A stretch of 64,000 nucleotides of DNA from an uncultured delta proteobacterium (lineage in GTDB: Bacteria; Desulfobacterota; Binatia; Binatales; Binataceae), in NCBI GenBank assembly GCA_963724765.1, contig CAVRVY010000003.1, positions 1,120,001 through 1,184,000 on the forward strand. The letters run 5' to 3'. A model generated the notes under the pieces. The model was not told where the DNA came from and did not search any database. It saw only the letters and a list, made by a program, of their open reading frames with translations. Of the stretch, positions 40,571-51,697 are shown in pieces; the first letter of the stretch is position 1; every line of letters starts with the position of its first letter. A program made the translations under genes and the position numbers.

Positions 40571-41677
40571 TCAGGTTTCCGCGCCTTCGAGTTTTTCCCG
40601 CACCAGGCGGCCCATCGCTTTGCATCCGACCACCTTGGTGCCCGGACCCGCGCCGAGGTCGCGCGTGCGGTAGCCCTCGCGCAACACGCCCTCTACCGCC
40701 TGCCCGATTATCTCGGCCTCGGCGCGCAGCCCGAGCGAGTGCTCGAGCAGCATCGCGGCGGACAGGATGGCGGCGAGTGGATTGGCCTCGTCGCGGCCGG
40801 CGATATCGGGGGCGCTGCCGTGAATCGGCTCGAACAGCCCGACCCGGCATCCGGCGCTGTTGAGCTCGTCGCCGAGCGAGGCCGACGGCAGCAGCCCCAT
40901 CGAGCCCGCCAGTACTGAGGCCTCGTCGGTCAGGATGTCGCCGAACATGTTCTCGGTGACGATCACGTCGAAGTCGCGCGGGCGGCGGATGAGATGCATC
41001 GCCATCGAGTCGACGAGCTGGTTGTCGAAGGCGACGTCCTTATATTCGGTGGCCAGCTCGCCGGCGATCTCGCGCCACAGCCGCGAGGTGGCGAGGATGT
41101 TGGCCTTGTCGACCGAGGTCAGGTGTTTGCGGCGCTCGCGCGCAAGCTCGAATCCGTAGCGCAGCACGCGGACGATCTCCTCCTCGGAGTAGACGCAGGT
41201 ATCGATCGCGCCGCGCAGGTCGCCGTTGTTGCGCCGCTCGGAGGGCTTGCCGTAGTAGATACCGCCGGTGAGCTCGCGGATGACCACGAGGTCAACGCCG
41301 TTGATGATCTCCTGGCGCAGCGGCGACGTGGCCGTCAGTTCCTTGACCGCCTTGACCGGCCGCACGTTGGCGAACAGCCCCAGCTCCTTGCGCAACGCAA
41401 GCAGCGCCTGCTCGGGACGCTTGTCGGCCTTGGGATTGTCCCACTTGGGACCGCCCACCGCGCCAAACAGGATCGCATCGCTGTTCTTCGCCTGCTTGAG
41501 TACGTCGTCGGGCAGCGGCGTGCCAAACTGATCGATCGCATGGCCGCCGGCGGTGCCCTCCTTGAACTCGAGATCGAGCGCGGCATTGCGCGCCACGACC
41601 TTGAGCACCTGCAGTGCCTCGCCGACGACTTCGGGACCAATCCCGTCACCCTTGAGAACCAGAATCTTGTAGGTCAT
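40571..41677 (-). CDS. leuB: 3-isopropylmalate dehydrogenase
   Basis: GDGIGPE, GAVGGPKWD, NMFGDILTD and EPIHGSAPDIAG. Confidence 0.98.
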   Translation of the reverse strand: MTYKILVLKGDGIGPEVVGEALQVLKVVARNAALDLEFKEGTAGGHAIDQFGTPLPDDVLKQAKNSDAILFGAVGGPKWDNPKADKRPEQALLALRKELGLFANVRPVKAVKELTATSPLRQEIINGVDLVVIRELTGGIYYGKPSERRNNGDLRGAIDTCVYSEEEIVRVLRYGFELARERRKHLTSVDKANILATSRLWREIAGELATEYKDVAFDNQLVDSMAMHLIRRPRDFDVIVTENMFGDILTDEASVLAGSMGLLPSASLGDELNSAGCRVGLFEPIHGSAPDIAGRDEANPLAAILSAAMLLEHSLGLRAEAEIIGQAVEGVLREGYRTRDLGAGPGTKVVGCKAMGRLVREKLEGAET

Positions 41678-41871
41678 CTAACTTGCGGAGTCCCAGCAGC
41701 GGAAGTGGAGAGACCGATAGGTTTCGGGCAGATTCGCTTCAAACGTCGCGCGGTCGTGGCAGAGTAAAACAAATTCAAATCGTGCGGCGGCGCGATCTTC
41801 CCCTGTTCGACACCTTGCGCGGGCGGCGCGTCAAGCGCCCTTCACCCGACGCCAATAGCACTTAGCCCAAC

Positions 41872-41903
41872 GCGACTGCCGCGGCAAGTCCCGCGGCAGT
41901 CGC
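41872..41903. terminator. Hairpin in the leuA-leuB spacer
   Basis: gcgactgccgcgg-caagtc-ccgcggcagtcgc; no clear U-tract. Confidence 0.5.
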
Positions 41904-41965
41904 CACGACAAAGCTCCATTACGACCTCCAAAGGATTCGGTCCCTCGCAAAGCGCCTGGCCCGCC

Positions 41966-43549
<1,584 letters not shown>

Positions 43550-43610
43550 CGGCGTCTCTCTCTCCTCCGTGCTCCCCGTGACGGATGGGCCGCCAGACCG
43601 CGCGGCGGGC

Positions 43611-43661
43611 AAAAAAGAAAACGCCCCGGGCGGCCTTTTGGCCCTCCGCCCGGGGCGTTTT
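43611..43661 (-). terminator. Attenuator terminator upstream of leuA
   Basis: AAAACGCCCCGGGCGG...CCGCCCGGGGCGTTTTCTTTTTT on the minus strand. Confidence 0.9.
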
Positions 43662-43685
43662 GGTTCAGGTTTAAAGTCGCTTTAC

Positions 43686-43775
43686 TTAAGCCTGCACCAC
43701 GACGCTCCCGGCGAGGGCCCTAATAAGGCCCAGGCTAAGCAGCAGTCCCAGCAGCAGGTTCAGGCAGGGCGACAT
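43686..43775 (-). CDS. leuL: Leucine-rich attenuator leader peptide (29 aa, 10 Leu)
   Basis: MSPCLNLLLGLLLSLGLIRALAGSVVVQA, immediately upstream of the terminator and leuA. Confidence 0.85.
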   Translation of the reverse strand: MSPCLNLLLGLLLSLGLIRALAGSVVVQA

Positions 43776-43782
43776 CACGTCT

Positions 43783-43812
43783 ATTGTAGGCGGGGCTCTA
43801 AAGCACAGTCAA
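43783..43812 (-). promoter_or_regulatory. Sigma70 promoter of the leu leader
   Basis: TTGACT-N18-TACAAT, 7 nt before the leader ATG. Confidence 0.75.
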
Positions 43813-43839
43813 GCGGCATCAGGTCGCACTCACCCGCAC

Positions 43840-44772
43840 TCAGTGGACCTGCGGGGGTGGCTGATGCTCCGATAAATCGCCGGTGGTGCGGGCGTTGGTG
43901 GCTGAACGAGCTTTGCGCGAATTAGCGGCGGGCGCGGCGTGACTGTTGGCTTCCGAGCCCAGAACCGGGGAGAGCGCCTGTGAGCGCTCGCCAGTCAGGA
44001 GCAGATACGGCCCCGAGGCGACGTAGGCGGTCGCCAGCATGAAGAACGTGAACTGCGGCATCGCGAACAGAAACGCCAGCGCGATCAGCATCACGGCCAC
44101 CAGTTCGACCGGCGCGCGCTGATGCAGGTTGATCGTCTTGAAGCTGGGGTAGGGCACGCGCGAGATCATCAGGCTCGCGAGCGCCACCGTCAGCGGCGCC
44201 ATCACGGTGGCCAACGCGTGCGGCGATTCGAACTCGAAGTAGCTGTAGGCGAGCACGCACCCAGCGATCATCGCGGCCGCACCGGGCACTGGCAGGCCCA
44301 CGAAACGGCGCTTGTCGGTGCTGGCGGTCTGCACATTAAAGCGCGCAAGCCGTAGCGCCGCGCAAATCACGAACATGCCGGCGATCACCACGCCCCACGC
44401 GCCGAGTAACCTCAGCGACCAGCAGTAGGCGATCCCAGCCGGCGCCACGCCGAAGGCGACTACGTCGGAGAGGCTGTCGAACTCGACTCCGAACTGGCTC
44501 GAAGTACGCGAGAGACGGGCCACGCGGCCGTCGAGCCCGTCGCATACGAACGCGATCAGGATCATCACGGCGGCAAGCTCGAAATGCGAATTGATCGCCG
44601 AGACCAGGCCAAAAAAGCCCGAGAGCAGGCCGAGCGACGTGATGGTGGCGGGTGCGAGGAATACTCCGCGGCGCAGCGGCGCAACCACTCGTCTCTGCTG
44701 TTCCATCAGGCGGCCCGAGATAAGCCGCATCCGCGCCTGAGCGCTGGGGCTAGGTTTTTTGGTCCGGTTCAT
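43840..44772 (-). CDS. pssA: CDP-diacylglycerol-serine O-phosphatidyltransferase
   Basis: DGLDGRVAR...FDSLSDVVAFGVAP, RLARFN and FVGLP. Confidence 0.95.
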   Translation of the reverse strand: MNRTKKPSPSAQARMRLISGRLMEQQRRVVAPLRRGVFLAPATITSLGLLSGFFGLVSAINSHFELAAVMILIAFVCDGLDGRVARLSRTSSQFGVEFDSLSDVVAFGVAPAGIAYCWSLRLLGAWGVVIAGMFVICAALRLARFNVQTASTDKRRFVGLPVPGAAAMIAGCVLAYSYFEFESPHALATVMAPLTVALASLMISRVPYPSFKTINLHQRAPVELVAVMLIALAFLFAMPQFTFFMLATAYVASGPYLLLTGERSQALSPVLGSEANSHAAPAANSRKARSATNARTTGDLSEHQPPPQVH

Positions 44773-45452
44773 TGGAGCAACTCTCCAATTATACTCTCTC
44801 CGGCGCGCACCCGCTGCCCGATCTTAACCACTATGCGGTAGTCGGGCGGAACGAAATGGTCGACCCGGCTGCCGAACATTATAAGGCCAATTCGCTCGCC
44901 ACAGCGCACCGTGTCATGAGGATGAAGATGGCAGACGATGCGCCGCGCCAGGTATCCCGCTATCTGTACCATCGCGTGCTGACGGCCGCGCGCGTCGCTC
45001 ATCACAATCAGGTTGCGCTCGTTGTGCTCGCTCGCGTAATCGCGAAAAGCCGCATGGAAGGAGCCGGGCGTATGGCGGACGCTCGTGATTTCCCCGCCAA
45101 CCGGGGCGCGGTTGACGTGCACGTTGAGCGGCGACATGAAGACCGACACGCGATGGTAGCGCTCGCCGGCGGCGCCGTCGGGCAGCGGCATCTCCGCCAC
45201 GTCGCTCACGGTGCCGTCGGCGCCCGAGAGCACCAGGCGTTCGGAGGAGGAGGCTGGTGCACGCTCAGGGTCACGGAAGAAAGCGGCAATCGCAAGGCCG
45301 CATAGGATTGCGATCAGCCCTATCCCATGCCAGCCAAGCGCGAGCACAATCGCTCCCAAGGCCAGCACCGCGGCCGCCATCGTGACGCCCTCAGCCGCGA
45401 TTCCGATAACGCCGCCCACGCGCCGGGCTAAATCACCGGCCCGCATTGCCAT
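44769..45452 (-). CDS. psd: Phosphatidylserine decarboxylase (short type)
   Basis: FFRDPER, FMSPLNVHVNR and FGSRVD self-cleavage motif. Confidence 0.95.
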   Translation of the reverse strand: MAMRAGDLARRVGGVIGIAAEGVTMAAAVLALGAIVLALGWHGIGLIAILCGLAIAAFFRDPERAPASSSERLVLSGADGTVSDVAEMPLPDGAAGERYHRVSVFMSPLNVHVNRAPVGGEITSVRHTPGSFHAAFRDYASEHNERNLIVMSDARGRQHAMVQIAGYLARRIVCHLHPHDTVRCGERIGLIMFGSRVDHFVPPDYRIVVKIGQRVRAGESIIGELLQ

Positions 45453-45477
45453 AGCTATCCGTTAACTCCGGCTGCGT

Positions 45478-46494
45478 TCAATTCTTGGCTTTGTCGACCA
45501 GGCGGTCGCTGGCCAGCCACGGCATGAACGAGCGCAGCTTGCGCCCGACGTCTTCGAGCTGATGCTTTTCCGCTTCCTTGCGTAGCTCGCGGAAGTGCGG
45601 CAGTCCGGCGCGGTACTCGGCGATCCATTCGTTGGCGAATTTGCCCGACTGGATATCGGCAAGCAAATCTTTCATCGCCTGACGCGAGGCCGGTCCGACC
45701 ACGCGCTTGCCGCGCGTCATGTCGCCGTACTCGGCGGTGTTGCTGATCGAGTAACGCATGTTGGCGATTCCGCCCTCGTAGATGAGGTCGACGATGAGCT
45801 TGACCTCGTGGACGCACTCGAAATAGGCCATCTCGGGCGCGTAGCCGGCTGCGACCAGGGTCTCGAAGCCGTTGCGAATCAGCTCGGTCAGTCCGCCGCA
45901 CAGCACCGACTGTTCGCCGAACAGGTCGGTCTCGGTCTCTTCGCGAAAGCTGGTTTCGATAATCGCAGCGCGTCCGCCGCCGATCGCCGAACCATACGCG
46001 AGCCCGATCTGCTTGGTGTCGCCCGAGGGATCCTGTTCAACCGCGAGCAGGCAGGGAACGCCGCGTCCCTTGACGTATTCGGATCGCACGAGGTGGCCGG
46101 GGCCTTTGGGCGCGATCATGAAAACGTTGACGCTGGGGGCGGGCTTGATGAACTTGAAATGGATGTTGAAGCCGTGGCCGAAAGCCAGGTACTTGCCCGG
46201 CGTGAGCTGGGGAGCGACCTCGGCCTCGTAAATTTCGGAGCCCATCTCGTCCGGCACCAGCATCATTACGATGTCGGCGCGGCGCGCGGCCTCGGCGGTC
46301 TCGAAGACCGGCAGGCCCTGCTTGGCCGCCTTCTCCCACGAGGGACTGTCCTTGCGCAGACCCACGCATACGTCCATCCCGCTGTCGCGCAGGTTGAGCG
46401 CATGGGCATGGCCCTGGCTGCCGAAGCCTAGGATGGCGATCTTGTGAGTGCGCAGCCGGCTTAGGTCGGCATCGCGATCGTAGTGGACCTGCAT
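45478..46494 (-). CDS. ilvC: Ketol-acid reductoisomerase
   Basis: [24 protein letters not shown] and SNTAEYGD. Confidence 0.98.
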   Translation of the reverse strand: MQVHYDRDADLSRLRTHKIAILGFGSQGHAHALNLRDSGMDVCVGLRKDSPSWEKAAKQGLPVFETAEAARRADIVMMLVPDEMGSEIYEAEVAPQLTPGKYLAFGHGFNIHFKFIKPAPSVNVFMIAPKGPGHLVRSEYVKGRGVPCLLAVEQDPSGDTKQIGLAYGSAIGGGRAAIIETSFREETETDLFGEQSVLCGGLTELIRNGFETLVAAGYAPEMAYFECVHEVKLIVDLIYEGGIANMRYSISNTAEYGDMTRGKRVVGPASRQAMKDLLADIQSGKFANEWIAEYRAGLPHFRELRKEAEKHQLEDVGRKLRSFMPWLASDRLVDKAKN

Positions 46495-46560
46495 GGCGGG
46501 ATTCTCCTGAATAAATTCGTCGGGATAAATTAGCTGGACAAGCTCGTCGGGATACCGCTG

Positions 46561-47088
46561 CTAGCCGGCCTCGCGCGTGCCGGCGGTGCGATGGTTGTTC
46601 TCATGCTGCACCGCGCGGACCATCGCGATCTTCCCCGAGCGTACGATCTCCTTGATGCCGAGCGGGCGCACCAGCTCGATGAACGCCTTGATCTTGTCGG
46701 CGTCGCCGGTCACCTCCACGGTGACCGCGCGCGGCCCGATATCGACCACGTGAGCGCGAAAGGCGGCGACGATCGAGTCGAGCTCGGCCCGCGTGCGCTC
46801 GTCCACCGCGACCTTCACCATCACCATCTCGCGGTCGATGGTACTGGTGTCCTTGAAGTCGGTGACCTTGATCACGCAGACCAGCTTGTTGAGCTGCTTG
46901 TTAATCTGTTCGAGGGTCTGGTCGTCGCCGGTCGCGACCAGCACGATGCGCGAGACCGAGGGCTCCAACGGATCCTCGTTGACGGTCAAGGACTCGATAT
47001 TGAAGCCGCGGCTGGAGAACAGGCCCGCCACACGCGCGAGCACGCCGAACTCGTTTTCGACCAGAACGGATATGGTATGGCTTGGCAT
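46561..47088 (-). CDS. ilvN: Acetolactate synthase small subunit
   Basis: VENEFGVLARVAGLFSSRGFNIESL and QLNKLV. Confidence 0.96.
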   Translation of the reverse strand: MPSHTISVLVENEFGVLARVAGLFSSRGFNIESLTVNEDPLEPSVSRIVLVATGDDQTLEQINKQLNKLVCVIKVTDFKDTSTIDREMVMVKVAVDERTRAELDSIVAAFRAHVVDIGPRAVTVEVTGDADKIKAFIELVRPLGIKEIVRSGKIAMVRAVQHENNHRTAGTREAG

Positions 47089-47130
47089 CAGTTGGGGTTA
47101 CGGCCCGGGCGCCTGGCGCGCGCCGCGAGC

Positions 47131-47361
47131 CTAGCGCGCGTCATGCTGATGGCGATGAAGGAGCGCCATGATGCGATCCTTCGAGGCCAGTTTCAGCTTC
47201 TGAATTCTCTTTTTTTCGATTTCCTCTTCGGCGGTCAGGTAGTGCTTGAGACGGAACGACTCGAGCTGGCGTTTGAGCTCCGCGTGCTCCTCATAGAGCG
47301 TCTTCAGTTCTTCGTCATTGGTCACGTACTGATGAATGAGTTCTTCTTCCTTCGGCTCCAT
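47131..47361 (-). CDS. DUF465/YdcH family protein
   Basis: LYEEH..L...LTAEEEIEKKRIQKLKLASKDRI. Confidence 0.85.
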   Translation of the reverse strand: MEPKEEELIHQYVTNDEELKTLYEEHAELKRQLESFRLKHYLTAEEEIEKKRIQKLKLASKDRIMALLHRHQHDAR

Positions 47362-48139
47362 TTACCCTCACTCCCGAGGTTAGAGGACCAATCTTGAAAA
47401 TCGCCTCCGCCGACCTCACATACAGCGGTTCCAGGACGAATGCGTTATCGGCCTCCCCCGCTACCACCCGAGCGGCGCCGAGCGCCGCCACGACTCGACC
47501 TCGCAGACCGAGCGCGCTTACTTCCAGGCACGTCGCCCGGCCTCCTGCGCGCACGGCCAAATAACAGGCCTCTTTGGCCTTTGCATCGCCGACCAACAAA
47601 ACGTCGGTACCAAGATGTGGAGCCAGGTTTTCGAGCGCGACCACGAGGTCATCTGATAACTTTTCTAGCCCATCGCCACTTGCCCGGTAAAGGGCAGCAT
47701 AGACCTCGCTCTTGCGAGCGTCTAGCACCGGGCAGATGAGCCCGGCGGGCATAGCGGAAACTTCAGCCAGCGCCGTCAGGGCGAGCGTGTCGAGGCTCGG
47801 TATCCCCAAAAGTGCGCATCCGGTCGCGAGCTTCACACCCTTGGCGTAGCTCAATCCCACCCGCAGGCCGGTAAATGATCCCGGGCCGATTCCCACTGCG
47901 ATAGCCCTGAGCTCCCGGGTCGAAAGTCCCGCCTGCGCGAGCAGTCCGGCGACCGCCGCGGGCAGCTCGGCGCCATGGGAAGCGACCGAGTGCGAGGCTT
48001 CGGCCAGCACTCGCCCACCGGCCACCACGGCGAGATCGGCTCGCGGCCCTCCGGTGTCGATTCCCAGCACTGGTCCGGCTGCAGCGCCGGCCGCCAGTGC
48101 GGCTTCAACTGTGCATAATGTGCGAGATGTCATTAACAA
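47315..48139 (-). CDS. tsaB: tRNA t6A37 biosynthesis protein TsaB (start uncertain)
   Basis: LGIDT, GPGSFTGLRVG, DARKSEVY and LEPLYVR. Confidence 0.92.
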   Translation of the reverse strand: MLMTSRTLCTVEAALAAGAAAGPVLGIDTGGPRADLAVVAGGRVLAEASHSVASHGAELPAAVAGLLAQAGLSTRELRAIAVGIGPGSFTGLRVGLSYAKGVKLATGCALLGIPSLDTLALTALAEVSAMPAGLICPVLDARKSEVYAALYRASGDGLEKLSDDLVVALENLAPHLGTDVLLVGDAKAKEACYLAVRAGGRATCLEVSALGLRGRVVAALGAARVVAGEADNAFVLEPLYVRSAEAIFKIGPLTSGVRVNGAEGRRTHSSVRDQ

Positions 48140-49460
48140 TGACGAAAGTCATCAGCGCCACCAGCAACAGCAGCCCGATTTGCATCGCAAATTCGCGATG
48201 CCGCAGTTGCAATGGCCTGCCGCGCAAGCCTTCGATCAGAAAAAAGAACAGGTGACCGCCGTCGAGCAACGGCACCGGCAGCAGGTTGATGATGCCCAGC
48301 TCCAGGCTCAGCATCACCGTGAACCCGGCCACGTCGGCGAAGCCCTGCTTAGCCTCTTTGCCTGCCATCTTGGCGATCATGATGGGTCCGCCCAGAGCCT
48401 GACGCGCCGGCGTCGTGCCGTTGATGATCAGTGCGATTCCCATCACCAGCCGGCCGGTAAGCTCGACGGTCGACACCATGCTTTCGCGGATTGCGCCCAA
48501 CGGTCCGTAGCGGCGCACGCCCTCGTCGCCGCGTGGCAGGACCCCGATAATCCAGACCGGGGCCTTGTTGCCGTAACCGGTATCTTCCTTTTCACGCCGG
48601 GGTGTCACGAGCAGCGACATCTGGCTCAACGGGGCGCTGTGCGCGGGGCGCGCGAAATCGATTTTGATCGGCGCGCCGTCGTCCGACTTGATTGCGTCGG
48701 AGAGGTCGGCCCAGTTCTCGACTTTCTTTCCGTTGACCGCGAGAATCTGGTCGCCCTTGCGCAGGCCCGCCGCGTAGGCCGGCATACCCTGTTTGATTTC
48801 GCCCAGTATCGGCTTCACGTAGGGCACGCCATACATGAAAACAATCGCCATCAGCACGGGCGCGAACAGGATGTTCGCCAGCGGCCCGGCCAGCACAATT
48901 TTGATCCGGGTACCGAGGCTCTGAGTCGGGAAGGCCTGTGCGCGATAGCGATTCAGGAGCACCGGCGGGCGGCTCTCGACCAGCGCTTTGATGGCCTGGT
49001 CGACCGAGCCACGGCGTTCGACCTCGGCCAGCAGCAACGCTTCGTCGGGCCGCAGCGCGCGGCCAAGTATCGCTTCGGCACTGTCGGCCGGCGGTGCGAG
49101 CCGATGCGCGAGGCTGAGCAGCATCTGTGCCCGCTCGGTGCCCAGTGAAGCGGCGGTACCGTGATGGCGCGCCGCTTCGAGCAGGTCGAGCTGCACTTCC
49201 TTCACGTAGCCCTCGAGCGTATCGGCCGTGGGTTCTTCGGCGACTTCATCGCCGAGCATTCGCACGTAGCCTCCCAGCGGCGTCGCGCCGAACGCATACT
49301 CGGTCTCGCCGCGGCGAACGCCGAAGAGCTTCGGTGGGTAGCCGACCGAGTAGCGAATCACACGCACACCCGAGCGCTTGGCCACCAGGAAATGGCCGGT
49401 CTCGTGCACGATGATCAGGACGGCGAAGATTATGACGGCTGAGATGATTGAGGTGATCAT
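48105..49460 (-). CDS. rseP: RIP metalloprotease RseP
   Basis: HETGH, LGGYVRM, PDZ domain and NLLPVPLLDGG. Confidence 0.96.
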   Translation of the reverse strand: MITSIISAVIIFAVLIIVHETGHFLVAKRSGVRVIRYSVGYPPKLFGVRRGETEYAFGATPLGGYVRMLGDEVAEEPTADTLEGYVKEVQLDLLEAARHHGTAASLGTERAQMLLSLAHRLAPPADSAEAILGRALRPDEALLLAEVERRGSVDQAIKALVESRPPVLLNRYRAQAFPTQSLGTRIKIVLAGPLANILFAPVLMAIVFMYGVPYVKPILGEIKQGMPAYAAGLRKGDQILAVNGKKVENWADLSDAIKSDDGAPIKIDFARPAHSAPLSQMSLLVTPRREKEDTGYGNKAPVWIIGVLPRGDEGVRRYGPLGAIRESMVSTVELTGRLVMGIALIINGTTPARQALGGPIMIAKMAGKEAKQGFADVAGFTVMLSLELGIINLLPVPLLDGGHLFFFLIEGLRGRPLQLRHREFAMQIGLLLLVALMTFVIVNDISHIMHS

Positions 49461-49507
49461 AGTTTCCGATTGTTAAATAAGAAGTCAGGCTGATGCGTCA
49501 TATTCAT
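49457..49507 (-). other. 16-codon mini-ORF in the usual dxr position
   Basis: MNMTHQPDFLFNNRKL*, with ATGA overlaps to both the cdsA stop and the rseP start. Confidence 0.5.
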
Positions 49508-50295
49508 CGGCTCCAATAATAAGCCAAAACCGTGGCGAAAACCATGCTGCACGTGCGATCGAGCAGGCCGCCATGGCCGGGGAAAATCCAGCCCGAATCC
49601 TTCACCCCGGCGCTGCGCTTGAGCGCTGAGCTGGCCAAGTCGCCCAGTTGCGCCAATATTCCGATTGCCAGCGAAAGCGCTACGGTCCGGCCTACGTTCC
49701 ATCCTGACACCAGCGGTTGGTGCAGCAGCGATCCGGCCACCACGCATAGCGCGAGCCCGCCGATTGCCCCTTCCACGGTCTTTTTTGGGCTCACCCGCGG
49801 GGCCAGTTTCGTGCGGCCCAACCATGAACCGGTGAAGTACGCCCCAGTGTCGCTGGCGATTACGAGGAGCAGGATAAAAATTATCACCGCGATGCCGTTC
49901 GTCCGGTTGCGCAGGAGCGAAAAATAGGGAAACAGCGCCCCCACGTAGAATGCCCCAAGGACGGTCAGGCCCAGTCCGGGCGACGGAGCCGCCGGGCTCG
50001 ACGTGTTCCAACTCACCCGCACGATCAGCATCAGCATGGCCAGAATTGCGCCGAGCGGGATGAACCATAGATGCTTGGGCGCCCACGCCAGCAGTATCGC
50101 CGACCCACCGCCCGCCACAACTAATGCGCCGATCGCGCCAGCCGTATGCGCCCGGGTCATCGCGGCCACTTCGTAGAGCCCCCACGCGGTCAAAACGCCC
50201 ACGAACGCCGCAAACCACAGCGCGGGTGCGAACAGCACCACCGCCAGCAGCGCGGGTAGCGCGACCAGCGCGGTCCAGACCCTAGTTCGCAGCAC
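49504..50295 (-). CDS. cdsA: Phosphatidate cytidylyltransferase
   Basis: SDTGAY, SPKKTVEG and KDSG..FPGHGGLLDR. Start at GTG (VLRTRV). Confidence 0.95.
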   Translation of the reverse strand: MLRTRVWTALVALPALLAVVLFAPALWFAAFVGVLTAWGLYEVAAMTRAHTAGAIGALVVAGGGSAILLAWAPKHLWFIPLGAILAMLMLIVRVSWNTSSPAAPSPGLGLTVLGAFYVGALFPYFSLLRNRTNGIAVIIFILLLVIASDTGAYFTGSWLGRTKLAPRVSPKKTVEGAIGGLALCVVAGSLLHQPLVSGWNVGRTVALSLAIGILAQLGDLASSALKRSAGVKDSGWIFPGHGGLLDRTCSMVFATVLAYYWSR

Positions 50296-51070
50296 GCAGT
50301 CGGTGGTTGGCGGAGCCGGCGTCGACCGCGCCGAAGCGGCGCTCGCGAAGCTGATAGGCCGCCAGCGCATGGAGAAATTCGCGCTCGCGGAAGTCGGGCC
50401 ATAGCGTGTTGGTGAAATAGAGCTCCGTGTAGGCGAGCTGGTACAGGAAAAAATTCGAGATCCGAAGTTCGCCCGAGGTCCGGATGAGCAAGTCGGGGTC
50501 GGGCAGGTCAGCGCTGGCGAGCCGGCTCGCGACCACCTGCTCGTCGACCTCGTCGGGGCGCAGGCGCCCCCCGGCAACTTCCTCGGCGATCCGGCGGGCG
50601 GCTGCAGTCACGTCTTGTCGGCCGCCATAGGAGAGCGCCAGCGCCACCGTCATCGATCGGTTCCCGGCGGTCGCGGCGATCATCGAGTCGAGCGCGCGCC
50701 TGACCGGCGGCGGCAGACGTTCGAGCTCGCCCAGTGCCACCACCTTGATGTCGCGTTTCATCAGGCGCTTGGTCTCGGTGCTGAGGTAGCGATGGAACAG
50801 CTCCATCAGGAAGCGCACCTCGGTGCCCGGCCGTTGCCAGTTCTCGTTGGAGAAGACGAACAGGGTGAGGTAGGGGATGCCAACCTCGCGTGCGGCCTCG
50901 ACCACGGCGCGCACCGAGTCCTTGCCGCGCCGATGGCCTTCCGGACGCGAAAGCCCGTGCTGGCGCGCCCATCGCCCATTGCCGTCCATCACGATCGCGA
51001 CATGGCGCGGCAACCGCTCCGCCTCGAGCGAAAGACCGGGAAATTCGTTCAGTGGGAGTATAGAAGCCAC
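50282..51070 (-). CDS. uppS: Isoprenyl transferase (undecaprenyl diphosphate synthase)
   Basis: HVAIVMDGNGRWA, FSNENW, IRTSGE.RISNF and RRFG. Confidence 0.97.
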   Translation of the reverse strand: MASILPLNEFPGLSLEAERLPRHVAIVMDGNGRWARQHGLSRPEGHRRGKDSVRAVVEAAREVGIPYLTLFVFSNENWQRPGTEVRFLMELFHRYLSTETKRLMKRDIKVVALGELERLPPPVRRALDSMIAATAGNRSMTVALALSYGGRQDVTAAARRIAEEVAGGRLRPDEVDEQVVASRLASADLPDPDLLIRTSGELRISNFFLYQLAYTELYFTNTLWPDFREREFLHALAAYQLRERRFGAVDAGSANHRLRAAN

Positions 51071-51124
51071 GAACTGGGTAAGCCGCCGCGGGATCTCACT
51101 TGCGCGGGATGCCTTGCGGGCGAT

Positions 51125-51697
51125 TCAGACCTCCATTATCTCGGCTTCCTTGGCCGCCAGCACCTTGTCGATCTTCTCGATGTGCTCGGTGGTATGCTGC
51201 TGGACTTTGGCCTCGGCCGTGCGCAGCGTGTCGTCATCGAGCTTTTTGTCCTTGTGCATTTTTTTGAGCTTGTCGTTAGCGTCACGGCGATGGTTGCGTA
51301 CGGAGACCCGGAACTCCTCAGCGGTCTTGTGCACGTGGCGCACCAGTTCCTTGCGCCGCTGCTCGGTTAGCTCGGGGATCGGCACGCGGATGAGCTTGCC
51401 GTCGTTGATTGGAGTCAGGCCGAGGTCGGAGGTCTGGATAGCCTTTTCGATCTCGTGCAGTGAGCCCTTGTCATAAGGCGTGACCACCAGCAGGCGCGGC
51501 TCGGGAGCGGCCAGCCCGGCGAGCTGGCGCAGCGGCGTGCGTGCGCCATAATAATTGACGTGCAGGCCCTCGAGCAGCGCGGTCGAGGCGCGTCCGGTGC
51601 GTACGCGGCCGAGCTCATGGCGAAAGGCGCCGAGCGCCTCCTCCATCTCCATGCGCGCCATCTCGATCAGTTCTTCCGGCTTTTCCTCAGCGGCCAC
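51125..51697 (-). CDS. frr: Ribosome recycling factor
   Basis: [16 protein letters not shown] and KEAEIMEV. Confidence 0.97.
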   Translation of the reverse strand: MAAEEKPEELIEMARMEMEEALGAFRHELGRVRTGRASTALLEGLHVNYYGARTPLRQLAGLAAPEPRLLVVTPYDKGSLHEIEKAIQTSDLGLTPINDGKLIRVPIPELTEQRRKELVRHVHKTAEEFRVSVRNHRRDANDKLKKMHKDKKLDDDTLRTAEAKVQQHTTEHIEKIDKVLAAKEAEIMEV

